DNA of 64,000 nt from an uncultured Terriglobales bacterium (GTDB lineage: Bacteria; Acidobacteriota; Terriglobia; Terriglobales; Acidobacteriaceae), in the NCBI GenBank assembly GCA_964490255.1, contig CAZBCQ010000001.1:1535-65534 (forward strand), in the 5' to 3' direction. Shown here piece by piece: positions 1 to 9,582 of this stretch; the stretch's first letter is position 1; every line of letters begins with the position of its first letter. The notes beneath the pieces are model-generated. The model did no database searches and was not told where the DNA came from. It saw nothing but the letters and a program-made list of their open reading frames with translations. Position numbers and translations under genes: made by a program.

Positions 1-57
1 GGCGAGACAGCCGCCGCCCTGATCAAATCCACCGAAGTCATGATCGTTCGCGTTTAG
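1..57 (+). CDS. 3' end of an unidentified CDS entering from upstream of the window (...GETAAALIKSTEVMIVRV*)
   Basis: Frame 1 is open from base 1 to TAG at 55-57. A hairpin plus T-run follows. Too short to identify. Confidence 0.3.
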   Translation, partial: GETAAALIKSTEVMIVRV

Positions 58-92
58 CCAGCATAAGCCTACGGCCAATTCAACCAGCTAAC

Positions 93-117
93 CCTTCGTG
101 CCACGCGAAGGCTTTTT
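93..117 (+). terminator. Candidate intrinsic terminator
   Basis: 6-bp stem ccttcg(93-98)/cgaagg(106-111) with a 7-nt loop, followed by cTTTTT (112-117), just after the partial upstream CDS. Confidence 0.45.
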
Positions 118-125
118 CCTGTGAG

Positions 126-3100
126 GTGCTCGTGACTCGAGGAGTCTGTTGTCTTGTACTGGCCTTTTCATTGGCCGCAACAGCGCATGCTCAAATGTCC
201 GCGAATTTGTCCGGCAACGTAGCCGATCCCAGTGGGTCAGCCGTGACCGATGCGTCCGTAACAGCACAAAACCTCGAGACTGGCCTGACGCGCGACACGA
301 CCACGAATCAGTACGGTCATTACCAAATACTCGCGCTTCCAGTCGGCACCTACCAAGTTTCCGCCGGAAAGCAGGGTTTCGCCGAACAAGTGCGGACTGG
401 CGTGCGGCTTGTGGTCGGTCAGGATGCCACGGTCAATATGCGCTTACGCATCGGCAAGGTCAGTCAGCAGATCAAAGTTTCCGGTGACGCCGAGGTCGTC
501 AGCACTACCACGCAGGACATTTCCGGAGTAGTCGGCGAACGACACGTCAAAGATCTTCCGTTGAATGGCCGCAGCTACGACTTGCTGATGACGCTCAACC
601 CAGGGGTGGTCAACTATACGTGGGAGAAAACCGGAGGCATCGGAGTCTCAAATTCAACCACTGGCAACGACTTTTCCGTCTCCGGCAATCGTCCGCAGCA
701 GAATCTCTTCCTGCTGAATGGTGTTGAATACACCGGCGCTGCCGAAAACAACATGACTCCCGGCGGAACCAGCGGGCAACTGCTGGGTGTCGATGCGGTG
801 CGCGAGTTCAACCTCCTGCGCGACTCCTATGGCGCGGAATACGGAAAGCATCCCGGTGGTCAGGTCATCATTGCGACGCAATCGGGAACCAATCAGCTTC
901 ACGGATCGGTCTACGAGTTTCTGCGCAACAACGACCTCGATGCAGCGAACTATTTCGATCAGGGATCGGCGCCTCCCTTTCAGCGCAATCAGTTTGGCGC
1001 CGCGATTGGCGCGCCGATAGAAAAAGACAAGACATTCTTTTTCGCGAACTATGAAGGTCTTCGTCAGCACCTGCATCAAACGTCGGTCGCCTCTGTTCCC
1101 GATGCGGCATCCCGCGCCGCCACGGTCCCCAGCGTTCGCCCACTGCTGAACCTCTGGCCAATTGCTCCTACGGGAGCGCCAGACTTCAACGGCATCGCCC
1201 AGGTCTTCAGCAGCCCGCTTCAGACTATCCGCGAAGACTTCGGCACAGTTCGCGTCGATCGTAACTTTTCCAGCCGCGATGTTCTCTCGGGCATATACAC
1301 CATCGATGATGGCGGCGATGTCACCGCGACCGTGTTAGACCCCTACAGCAGCGACATCATGAATCTGCGCGAGCAGGTCGCCAGCCTGCAATGGACGCAC
1401 ATATTTTCTTCAAACCTTATTAATGTTGCGCGCTTCGGCTACTCGCGCGCCGGATACTACTTCACTGGCGAGCCCACTCCCGGCACACCAGCGGCCAGCG
1501 TTCCCGGCTTTGTTCTTGGCAAGCAAGTGGGCGCTGTTGTTGTCGGTGGAAGCGCGGCTTCCAATCCTCAAGCTCAGATCGGACTAGCCGGCAGCAACAA
1601 CGGCAGCAATCTCAGCATTGCGCGGAACATTTATACGATCGAGAATCGCGTCAGCCTTGTCAGGGGCCGGCATCAGTTCTCGTTTGGAGTTTGGCTGCAA
1701 CCGTTCCAGTCGAACGAGAACATCCATCTCAGTCAATTTGGACAGGCCACCTTTACTAGTCTGCAGACTTTCCTTCAAGGCAACGTCGGCACGTTTCTCT
1801 ACGATCCGACTTCTACACCCTTGAATTGGCGGTCGTTTTTCGGAGCCTGGTACGCCCAGGACGCTATCCGCGTTAGTCCGTCGTTGACCGTGTCGCTCGG
1901 ATTCCGCGCAGAATCGAGCACTGGATGGAACGAGGCTCACGGCAGCGCCGCGAATTACACTTTCAGCAACGGCGTCATCTCCAGCCAACCGCGTATTTCG
2001 GATTCGCTTTTCACGGTGAACAACGCGAAGTTCTTGCCACAGCCGCGTATCGGCATTGCGTGGAGCCCAACGGATCCGAAAACGGTAATTCGCGCCCGCT
2101 TTGGAATGTACAACGATCTGCAGGATGCGCTCGGGTATCGCACTGATCAGAACGCGCCGTTCAATCCCACGTACAGCATTCCGTCCGTGACGGTTTCGAA
2201 GTTCCCGATCGATCCTGCCGCGCCGCTGCCTGCAACCGCCAAGCTGGTGCCTGGTGGCATTCAGCCTGACATGAAAACGCCCACCTTGATTTCCTGGTCG
2301 CTGCGCGTACAGCGCGAACTCTCGCCGAATACTTCTTTAACGCTGGGCTACGTCGGTTCGCACGGTTATCACGAGATCGTTGGCGTCGATGCGAACGAGC
2401 CGATCCCGACCATCTGTCCGGCGGCGCCCTGTCCGGCCGCGTACCCGGCTAATTTCCCCGCCGGCCTCGCGGGAACGCCAGTTCCGGCCGGGAGCTTCTA
2501 TATTTCTGCTGGAAGCCCGCGCGCGAATCCCTCGCTTGCGAATACTTGGACCTATCTTTCCATCGGGAATAGTTCCTACAACGCGCTGCAGGTCGATTTC
2601 AACCATCGCTTCGCCCACGGGATGGCGTTACGTGGTGCCTACACCTGGTCCAAAGCGCTTGACGACGGCGACTCCGTGAATGCCACTACTACTGCGAATG
2701 AACCTGGATTGGTTTCGAACCCGTACAACATCCGTGCTGATTGGGGCCCTGCAGGATTCGATGTCCGGCACGTGGGCGTGATCAGCGCTGTGTACGAATT
2801 GCCGTTTGGGCGTGGAAAGAAGTTCGCCAACGGGGTGGAAGGGATTCGCAATGCGCTGATCAGCGGCTGGTCCGCCAACAGCATCGTTACTGTGCAATCC
2901 GGGTTTCCGTTCACGCCGCAGCTGAGTTACAACCCATCGAACAATGGCGACACGCGCAACCCCGTGCGGCCGTTTATCAACCCGAATTTCTCCGGGCCCA
3001 TAATTCTCGGGAATCCAACTCAGTGGTATAACCCCAACGCCTTCCTGGCGGCTCCCGCTAACAGCGGCCTCTACGGAAACCTTGGACGAAATACGCTCAT

Positions 3101-3350
3101 CGGTCCGGGACTGGCGACGTGGGACTTTTCTGCGCTGAAAAACACGGCGGTTTCCGAACGATGGACAATGCAGTTCCGCGCGGAGATTTTCAATCTACTC
3201 AATCGCGCGAACTTCAATACGCCCAACTTGATTACATTTACCCCTCCGACAGCGTCGAATCCGACGGGCGTCTCTGGTACCGCTGGCGCAATCACCAGCA
3301 CTTCGACCACAGCGCGCCAGGTGCAATTTGGAATCAAGCTGCTCTGGTGA
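126..3350 (+). CDS. TonB-dependent outer-membrane receptor with N-terminal carboxypeptidase-regulatory-like domain
   Basis: 1074-aa ORF with a signal peptide (...LAATAHAQ) and a CarboxypepD_reg-like beta-sandwich (VTAQNLETGLTRDTTTNQYGHYQILALPVGTYQV). A plug-like segment (DLPLNGRSYDLL) precedes a long beta-rich body ending in the aromatic terminus FGIKLLW. Confidence 0.9.
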   Translation: MLVTRGVCCLVLAFSLAATAHAQMSANLSGNVADPSGSAVTDASVTAQNLETGLTRDTTTNQYGHYQILALPVGTYQVSAGKQGFAEQVRTGVRLVVGQDATVNMRLRIGKVSQQIKVSGDAEVVSTTTQDISGVVGERHVKDLPLNGRSYDLLMTLNPGVVNYTWEKTGGIGVSNSTTGNDFSVSGNRPQQNLFLLNGVEYTGAAENNMTPGGTSGQLLGVDAVREFNLLRDSYGAEYGKHPGGQVIIATQSGTNQLHGSVYEFLRNNDLDAANYFDQGSAPPFQRNQFGAAIGAPIEKDKTFFFANYEGLRQHLHQTSVASVPDAASRAATVPSVRPLLNLWPIAPTGAPDFNGIAQVFSSPLQTIREDFGTVRVDRNFSSRDVLSGIYTIDDGGDVTATVLDPYSSDIMNLREQVASLQWTHIFSSNLINVARFGYSRAGYYFTGEPTPGTPAASVPGFVLGKQVGAVVVGGSAASNPQAQIGLAGSNNGSNLSIARNIYTIENRVSLVRGRHQFSFGVWLQPFQSNENIHLSQFGQATFTSLQTFLQGNVGTFLYDPTSTPLNWRSFFGAWYAQDAIRVSPSLTVSLGFRAESSTGWNEAHGSAANYTFSNGVISSQPRISDSLFTVNNAKFLPQPRIGIAWSPTDPKTVIRARFGMYNDLQDALGYRTDQNAPFNPTYSIPSVTVSKFPIDPAAPLPATAKLVPGGIQPDMKTPTLISWSLRVQRELSPNTSLTLGYVGSHGYHEIVGVDANEPIPTICPAAPCPAAYPANFPAGLAGTPVPAGSFYISAGSPRANPSLANTWTYLSIGNSSYNALQVDFNHRFAHGMALRGAYTWSKALDDGDSVNATTTANEPGLVSNPYNIRADWGPAGFDVRHVGVISAVYELPFGRGKKFANGVEGIRNALISGWSANSIVTVQSGFPFTPQLSYNPSNNGDTRNPVRPFINPNFSGPIILGNPTQWYNPNAFLAAPANSGLYGNLGRNTLIGPGLATWDFSALKNTAVSERWTMQFRAEIFNLLNRANFNTPNLITFTPPTASNPTGVSGTAGAITSTSTTARQVQFGIKLLW

Positions 3351-3369
3351 GCGACGACATCAAGCTCGG

Positions 3370-4185
3370 CTATGCGACCTCAGCGCGTACTTCGAGGTAC
3401 TCGGCCCTGATCAGCGTTTTATCGCCGCTGCCCTCGTTGTGAGCTTCCCAATGGCGCACCAGGTCGCGTGTCAAGGCCTCTTGAGCTGCGGGGTCCAATC
3501 TGGCGAAGGTCGTCTTGGTCGGTCCGAAATACTGTTTGAAGAACTCCACAATTTCGGGCGCGCTGAAGGGATATTCGAACAGGAACTCGCGCTTCCATGA
3601 GTCGACGCTCGCCGCCGCGGAGAAGCGGTCCGCCACAACTTTCGGATCTCCCCAAAGCGACGGAGGAGGCACTCCCGGAGGAGGTGGCGCGTGCCTGGCA
3701 GTGATTTTGAACATTTCGCCGACGAAGCCCTCCGGGGTCCAGTTACCCATCGCGATCGCGCCGCCAGGTTTGCAAACCCGTAGCAGCTCTGAAGCGACCG
3801 CTTCCGGGCGCGGCGCAAACATCGCTCCGAACATCGACATCACCACGTCGAAACTTGCGTCATCGTGCCGCAGCTGCTCCGCATCGCCTTCAACAAATTG
3901 AGTGTTGAGTCCTTCCGACTTTGCGCGTGCGCGGGCCTGCTCCAGAAGATTCGGAGCAATATCCACTCCGGTGACTTCCGCTCCCATCTTGGCCGCCGGT
4001 ATGGATTGGTTTCCGGTACCGCAAGCGACGTCTAATACTTTCATTCCGGGCTTTAGATTGAGCCGCTCGACAAATTCGACTCCTTCGCGCTCATTCAAGC
4101 GCGCAATCTGCCCGAAGTCGCCCGCCATCCACATGCTGCGCATGCGCTGTTTCAGCTCTTGAAGATCTTTAGGCGCAGTAGCCAT
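3370..4185 (-). CDS. Class I SAM-dependent methyltransferase
   Basis: 271-aa ORF with SAM-binding motif I (VLDVACGTGN) and a downstream acidic loop (VTGVDIAP). Substrate unknown. Confidence 0.85.
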   Translation of the reverse strand: MATAPKDLQELKQRMRSMWMAGDFGQIARLNEREGVEFVERLNLKPGMKVLDVACGTGNQSIPAAKMGAEVTGVDIAPNLLEQARARAKSEGLNTQFVEGDAEQLRHDDASFDVVMSMFGAMFAPRPEAVASELLRVCKPGGAIAMGNWTPEGFVGEMFKITARHAPPPPGVPPPSLWGDPKVVADRFSAAASVDSWKREFLFEYPFSAPEIVEFFKQYFGPTKTTFARLDPAAQEALTRDLVRHWEAHNEGSGDKTLIRAEYLEVRAEVA

Positions 4186-4252
4186 ATCTCACCCCAGGAA
4201 AGTTTAGGACACACGATATGCCTGTCCTGAGTATTCGACGTTTGTTTTTGAA

Positions 4253-4906
4253 TTACGGCACAATAATTCGGCTACCCTCGTCGGGCGCCGCAATCGCGGA
4301 CTTCTGCTCCGGAAATTGGCTGAACAGAAAATCAAGGTAGGCACGCGACTTCGGACGTCCGTTGTTGCGTCCCAGAGCAATCCGCAACATGAAAACCAGC
4401 GCGCGCAACACGTCGCTGTCACGCAGCGAAGCGAATCCGAGGTTCTGCTGTTCGATCTTGCGGTATTGCTCCACCATCGACCGCAGCTCAGCGATGATCG
4501 CCTGTTGTGGCAAACTCGCGTTAGGCGCTTCGTATACCAGTCCCGACTCGACCAGCGTGTGATAGCTGCGCGCCATGTTCGTGAGTGCGCCAATCGCATC
4601 ACGGTCGTTGATACTGCGGTCGGCCCGGGCGGCCTTGGCGACGCCGAAACTCAATCCAAGGATCAGCGGTTCACGCTCGTATAGGAAGCGCTCGGGAATC
4701 TCGACATCGAGGAAGAGCGCATCGCGGTCGAGTTCCTCGATGGCACGCGGCTTTTCGTTTTGCCGCGCTTGCTGCAGATAAACACAGTCACTGGGACAGT
4801 CGAGCGTTACCTCACGCTCGGTTCCGCAGCATACCGGACAGATGCGGTCGTGCAGCGCCGGGCAAAAGCGCTTTTCTTTTCGTGTATGACAGATTTCACA
4901 AGCCAC
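4253..4906 (-). CDS. Cysteine-rich conserved hypothetical protein
   Basis: 217-aa ORF with coding-like composition. Eight Cys lie in the first 41 residues (CEIC...C...CPVCC...CPSDC), which suggests a metal or Fe-S binding module. No family recognised. Confidence 0.65.
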   Translation of the reverse strand: MACEICHTRKEKRFCPALHDRICPVCCGTEREVTLDCPSDCVYLQQARQNEKPRAIEELDRDALFLDVEIPERFLYEREPLILGLSFGVAKAARADRSINDRDAIGALTNMARSYHTLVESGLVYEAPNASLPQQAIIAELRSMVEQYRKIEQQNLGFASLRDSDVLRALVFMLRIALGRNNGRPKSRAYLDFLFSQFPEQKSAIAAPDEGSRIIVP

Positions 4907-5021
4907 ACTTAATTATTACATCCCGCGGCAATTAGCCCCGCAATGGCCCAATTGTAGAAAAATGCACCTCGGCGAATCCTTTTCCACAATTCGCCGCTCT
5001 TCCTGAATAGAGGGGATTCAA

Positions 5022-5582
5022 GTGGCACAAAAGATTACCGCCGCCGAGCTCGCAAAGCCGGGGGATCGGCTCGCGGTTCAGCTCATCGACATCTGTTCTC
5101 CGTCTGAATATGCTGCCGGCCACGTTCCCGGGGCTATCAACATTCCTATGGAGGAGATCGAGTCGCGCATTGGCGACCTGAGCTCCACTTCGCCGGTTGT
5201 TCTGATCTGCAAAAGCGGACAACGGGCCGCGGCTACGGCTCAGCTGGTAGAAATGCGCCGCCAGAATGTGCTTGTGCTCGACGGCGGGACTCGCGCCTGG
5301 AGCGCTACCGGAGCTCCCCTGATTGTGAGCGCGCGGACACGCTGGTCCCTGGAGCGTCAGGTGCGGTTAGGCGCAGGCTTGCTGGTAATTCTGGGAATTG
5401 TGCTGTCATTTGTTTGGAGTCGCGGCTGGATCGCACTCTCCGCCTTTGTCGGACTGGGTCTGACGTTTGCTGGACTCACCGACATCTGTGGAATGGCATT
5501 GTTGCTGAGAAAGATGCCCTGGAATAAGGCCAGAACGGTTTCGCCCGCCGCTCTGGCAAAGAATCACAGTTGCCCGGTGTGA
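5022..5582 (+). CDS. Rhodanese-domain protein with C-terminal two-helix membrane anchor (YgaP-like architecture)
   Basis: Rhodanese fold with the active-site Cys loop VLICKSGQRAA. The C-terminal part has two hydrophobic helices (LGAGLLVILGIVLSFVW / IALSAFVGLGLTFAGL). Confidence 0.85.
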   Translation: MAQKITAAELAKPGDRLAVQLIDICSPSEYAAGHVPGAINIPMEEIESRIGDLSSTSPVVLICKSGQRAAATAQLVEMRRQNVLVLDGGTRAWSATGAPLIVSARTRWSLERQVRLGAGLLVILGIVLSFVWSRGWIALSAFVGLGLTFAGLTDICGMALLLRKMPWNKARTVSPAALAKNHSCPV

Positions 5583-6154
5583 CTGCCCTTACAACGAACT
5601 CGCAGTGCTGGCAAAATGCGAGCGTGGACTTTGAACAGCTAGCGAACGAACACAAAGACGCTGTCTATCGACAGATGCTGCGGGTCTGCGGCAATCGCGA
5701 GGACGCCGAGGATGTCCTGATCGAAGCGCTTTTGAAGGCTTACCAGCACCTGCATCAATTGAACGATCCGGTGGCGTTTCGTGCATGGCTTGCGCAAATC
5801 GCGCGCCGGGTTTGCTGGCAATTGAAAGAGCGCGAGGCATTATCGCCTCTCTTGCAGCTTTCCATGCTGGAGGAAGAGGGGGCTGAGATAAAAGACCCGA
5901 AGCCGCCGTTGGATTCGGAACTCGCACTGCGGAGGATGAAACAGTTATTAGACGATGCGGTAAGTCAGCTGCCGCCGTCCGCGCGCGAAGTCTTTCTTTT
6001 GCGCGACATTGAAGAAGTGCCCGGTCAGGAAGTGGCACAGCGCCTTGGAATCTCACTGGCGTCGATGAAGTCTCGACTCCATCGCGCCCGCAAATTGCTT
6101 CGTGAGCGCGTCGACGCTGCGCTCACCGGCAATGCGCCAGAAACGCAATCATAG
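5570..6154 (+). CDS. ECF-type RNA polymerase sigma-70 family factor
   Basis: 194-aa ORF with sigma region-2-like (DAEDVLIEALLKAYQHL...FRAWLAQIARR) and region-4-like (REVFLLRDIEEVPGQEVAQRLGISLASMKSRLHRARKLL) segments. The start is TTG 5570 or GTG 5579 and overlaps the rhodanese stop. Confidence 0.9.
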   Translation: MPGVTALTTNSQCWQNASVDFEQLANEHKDAVYRQMLRVCGNREDAEDVLIEALLKAYQHLHQLNDPVAFRAWLAQIARRVCWQLKEREALSPLLQLSMLEEEGAEIKDPKPPLDSELALRRMKQLLDDAVSQLPPSAREVFLLRDIEEVPGQEVAQRLGISLASMKSRLHRARKLLRERVDAALTGNAPETQS

Positions 6155-6164
6155 GAGGTCTGTT

Positions 6165-6575
6165 ATGGAAATCTTGGTAGAACATCTGGGTGGTGTTCAA
6201 TTCGAAATCAAGGCGCGCCAGCACACGATTGTGTGTGACCAGCCACCGGAGAACGGCGGCTACGATGAAGGCATGACTCCGCCGGAACTCTTGCTCGCTT
6301 CACTTGGCTCTTGTGCCGGCTTTTACGCAGTCATGTACCTCAAGAAGCACAAGCTCTCCACCGAAGGTATCCGCGTGCACGTCTCCGCCGAGAAAGCGAA
6401 AGCCCCGGCGCGCATGGAAGACTTCCGTATCACGGTGGAGGTTCCCGCGGAGTTCACGGAAGAACACAAGAACGGCATCGAAGACGCTGTCCACCATTGC
6501 CTGATTCACAACACTCTGCTGAATCCGCCAAAAATTACCCTCGAAGTGAAGAGCGTGGCTCTCACGCGGTCCTGA
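6165..6575 (+). CDS. OsmC/Ohr family peroxiredoxin-like protein
   Basis: ATG 6165 is preceded by AGGAGG (6154-6159). Two conserved Cys contexts are present (LLLASLGSCAGFY and VHHCLIHNTL). The longer form in the ORF track (from 6102) overlaps the sigma gene and is less likely. Confidence 0.85.
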   Translation: MEILVEHLGGVQFEIKARQHTIVCDQPPENGGYDEGMTPPELLLASLGSCAGFYAVMYLKKHKLSTEGIRVHVSAEKAKAPARMEDFRITVEVPAEFTEEHKNGIEDAVHHCLIHNTLLNPPKITLEVKSVALTRS

Positions 6576-6660
6576 CGCACCGAAGCGCAGTAACCACGGT
6601 TATCTTTCCTGACGGCGCCGCCCCGATATGCTATGGGCGGCGTTATTTCCGGAGAGTGCC

Positions 6661-7242
6661 GTGAAGATCTACCGCATCGCTCGCTGGGTAGTACTTGCAA
6701 TCCTTCTGATCGTGATCCTGCTTGCGCTCAAGAAGCCGTCGCAAGTCGCATCGTCGCAGGTCCCCGCCGAAAACTGGAAGCAGCACGCTGCTGAATTCCA
6801 GACCAAAATCAACCAGTTAGAGCAGGCGAGCACCGACGGGAATCACGGCGGCGAAGTCCAGCTCACCTCCATGGAAGTGAACGCCGCACTGACCGAGTCA
6901 CTCCACAACGGTGCTCCTCCGGCTGCGGACCTCGGTCAGGTGCCCATTCAAGCGCCGCAAGTCAGTTTCGAGGGCGACCAGGTGCGCGGCGTCTTCCCCA
7001 CTCAGATCTACGGTAAGAACGTGTACGTGACGGTCGCGGGGCGGCTCGGATCGCAAAACGGCTACGCGACTTTCGATCCGACCGAATTTAAGCTTGGCGA
7101 TCTGACTGTTCCCGTCTCGCTGGTGAACAATGCCTTACAGAGGAAACTCGCGGATCCGGCAAATCACGAAAAACTGAAACTGCCGGAGTTCGTCGCCGAT
7201 GTTCGCGTTGTCAACAGTCAACTGGTCGTCACCCAGAAATAG
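6661..7242 (+). CDS. Hypothetical membrane-anchored protein
   Basis: GTG 6661 follows GGAGAG. The N-terminus has one TM helix (IARWVVLAILLIVILLAL) and the remainder is soluble. The start is uncertain; the ORF track offers 6628. Confidence 0.55.
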   Translation: MKIYRIARWVVLAILLIVILLALKKPSQVASSQVPAENWKQHAAEFQTKINQLEQASTDGNHGGEVQLTSMEVNAALTESLHNGAPPAADLGQVPIQAPQVSFEGDQVRGVFPTQIYGKNVYVTVAGRLGSQNGYATFDPTEFKLGDLTVPVSLVNNALQRKLADPANHEKLKLPEFVADVRVVNSQLVVTQK

Positions 7243-7244
7243 CT

Positions 7245-8555
7245 TTACTGGATTCCGGCGCTGGTTTGCGCAACGATCAGCGCATCTGACGCGGCAATCT
7301 TGAACGGCGAGCCAGCCACCGGAGTCAGTGCTCCCGTCGTCTGATCGATCGACCACGCCATGGTCTGCCCGCCAACGGCGTAGAGGAATTTGCCGTTTGC
7401 GTCGACGCGTATTTCGCCGACCTGATAAACAGTGAAGGTGCTGTTCGCAACCTCGTGGATCGCACCGGTCTTCTGATCCAGCGTGAACGACTGCACGCTC
7501 GCCGGCCCACCGTTGTAGCCCCCGCTGTTTAAGACGAAAATGAAACGGTCGTGCGGATCCGCGACAACGCGGCTGGGGGCGTTGCCAGCGGTGAGTGGCG
7601 ACCCAGCGATGGCGGCCAGCGTGCCGTCAGCGTTGACCGCGTAGACAGAAACGTGGCTGGTTTCATATTGAGGTACGAAAAGAAACTTGCCGTCGGCGCT
7701 GACAGAAACAGAGCTGGTGAGCGCACCTGTCTCAAACGGCGATCCCGCATTGGGCGAAATCAGGCCGCTGTTCTGATTGCGCGTCCAGATATTCACGAAG
7801 CTCGACCCTCGCTGCGACTCGTACAAAAACTTGTTCGTCGGATGCATGACAACCGTGTATACGGGACCGCCTCCCGATGCTGGTTGAGAGTTGCTCGGAG
7901 AAATCTCTGCCCATGTTCCGCTGCTCTGATCCACCGAATACACATGAATCGATCCGTCGTTAAGACCGCCAACGTAAGCGAATTTCCCGGCAGCATCCAC
8001 AGCGACGGTGTTGGGGCAGCAATCACCCTCGGTTGCAAAAAGGGGCAGGGTGTGGAATGTCTGGCCGGGTAGCGGCGTGATCTCGTGCGTGCCTGGATCG
8101 ACCTTTACCAAATCCATGTTCGTTCCCGGGGCCTCAAATCCGGTCACATAGAAATTGACTCCGCTCGAGTCGACTGCCATGTTCTGAGCGGCTCGCACGG
8201 GAATGATCGCTGTCGTCACTTGCGTCAGCTGTCCGGTGTTTTGATCGATCTGATAAACGGTAAACGTGCTCTGATTATTTGCGCCGGGCACGACTGCATA
8301 CAGAAATTCCTCCCCGCTATTCACCGAAGGCGTGGGCGACGGTGACGGAGATCCCGTTCCTGGACTTGGGGCTGGAGAGCTGCTTGGTGTGGTCGCAGTC
8401 GGGGCGCTGGCTGGCGGTGCCGAACTCGCGTTCGATGTCGCCGAACTGGGGGTGGACGTGTCGCCCCCACAACTTGCAAGCGCAATCACGAACAGCGCGA
8501 TGAGAAAAGAGCGAAACAGGCGAATCACCGCGCACTTGCTTCGCTGGGCGAACAT
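7245..8555 (-). CDS. Lipoprotein, lactonase-type 7-bladed beta-propeller family
   Basis: The lipobox-like signal (LFVIALASC) is followed by a low-complexity S/P/T/A linker. Repeated blades then follow, of the kind seen in 6-phosphogluconolactonase-like propellers (...NFYVTG..., ...KFAYVGG..., ...KFLYESQ..., ...KFLFVPQ..., ...RFIFVLN..., ...KFLYAVG...). The start is taken at ATG 8555; 8609 is possible. Confidence 0.75.
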   Translation of the reverse strand: MFAQRSKCAVIRLFRSFLIALFVIALASCGGDTSTPSSATSNASSAPPASAPTATTPSSSPAPSPGTGSPSPSPTPSVNSGEEFLYAVVPGANNQSTFTVYQIDQNTGQLTQVTTAIIPVRAAQNMAVDSSGVNFYVTGFEAPGTNMDLVKVDPGTHEITPLPGQTFHTLPLFATEGDCCPNTVAVDAAGKFAYVGGLNDGSIHVYSVDQSSGTWAEISPSNSQPASGGGPVYTVVMHPTNKFLYESQRGSSFVNIWTRNQNSGLISPNAGSPFETGALTSSVSVSADGKFLFVPQYETSHVSVYAVNADGTLAAIAGSPLTAGNAPSRVVADPHDRFIFVLNSGGYNGGPASVQSFTLDQKTGAIHEVANSTFTVYQVGEIRVDANGKFLYAVGGQTMAWSIDQTTGALTPVAGSPFKIAASDALIVAQTSAGIQ

Positions 8556-8731
8556 GTTGGAAGCCAAGGAAGCGCCCCTATTCAACTCTCGGTGAAGATG
8601 GCGCAACACTCTGGCCTGTTTGCCTCAGCCCAGGGTTTTTCGCGAGCTGGCCAGAGCAGCGAAAACGGCATCTCTGGTTGCGCGCTTTTTCGATTGCACC
8701 GATGCTCCGCGTTCGTTCGCAATGTCAGGAT

Positions 8732-9463
8732 CTATTGCCCGATCACTCGAAGCAGCAGAGCGCTACCGGACCGAATATCAATTCCCGAGGAGGATTTCAG
8801 TACGATCTCGCCAGCTGGTTGGGTTCGCCCGAAGTGGCTGACGCTCAGATCGGGGAATCCGTAGGCGCCGCAAGCGGAAGAAGAGAACACCCAAACCGCT
8901 TGCATCGTGTTGCCGTCCCCTTCGCAATGCCCCGCGGGATTAGCGCTAAGTACAGCGAAGATGCTCCCATCCCCTAAAGAGTTCCCAACCTTTTCCGATC
9001 CGTTCAGCACATCGCCCGGTCTGCCGTAGACCACATCGCGACCGCCGATCTGCTGTGTATTCCAAAGGCTGGGAGGGTTAGCTCGGTCTCCGGCTGAGTT
9101 TGTCGGAACTTGCGCATCCTGCACTGTCAGCATGGAAGCGATCGCGCGCATCGAGGTTCGGATTGGGAGTTCCTGTTTCCCGAGCAGCAAGCGGTCAAAC
9201 TTCAGAGTTACGGTTGTGGGATTGATCTCAACAATCTGACCGGTCACGTTTCTGCCGCGCTGAATCTTGCCACCGCTGGGAAAAGGTACGTCCTGCATGA
9301 CCCGAGCCTTGATCGTCTCCCCGGCTTTGCTCTTCTCGGAACGAATCGTCGTCGACAACATCACCGGGATGGTAATGCCCGACGGCACATCGGACTGACC
9401 CATCAGGCATAGGCCGGAGAGGAAACAGCACAGGACGGCGAGTAGAGTAACGTTTCGCAACAT
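8732..9463 (-). CDS. Secreted hypothetical protein
   Basis: Internal ATG 9463 gives the signal peptide MLRNVTLLAVLCCFLSGLCLMGQS. No recognisable family. Confidence 0.6.
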   Translation of the reverse strand: MLRNVTLLAVLCCFLSGLCLMGQSDVPSGITIPVMLSTTIRSEKSKAGETIKARVMQDVPFPSGGKIQRGRNVTGQIVEINPTTVTLKFDRLLLGKQELPIRTSMRAIASMLTVQDAQVPTNSAGDRANPPSLWNTQQIGGRDVVYGRPGDVLNGSEKVGNSLGDGSIFAVLSANPAGHCEGDGNTMQAVWVFSSSACGAYGFPDLSVSHFGRTQPAGEIVLKSSSGIDIRSGSALLLRVIGQ

Positions 9464-9582
9464 TGCGGATTCTTTATTGATGATCCTCGGCATCCTCCCG
9501 TTGCGGAAAGCGCGAGTTCCCGTTTTCAATCCAGCAGCACTGCTATAATTTCGCGCCAGTTCAGATCACCAGGAGTGAAACA

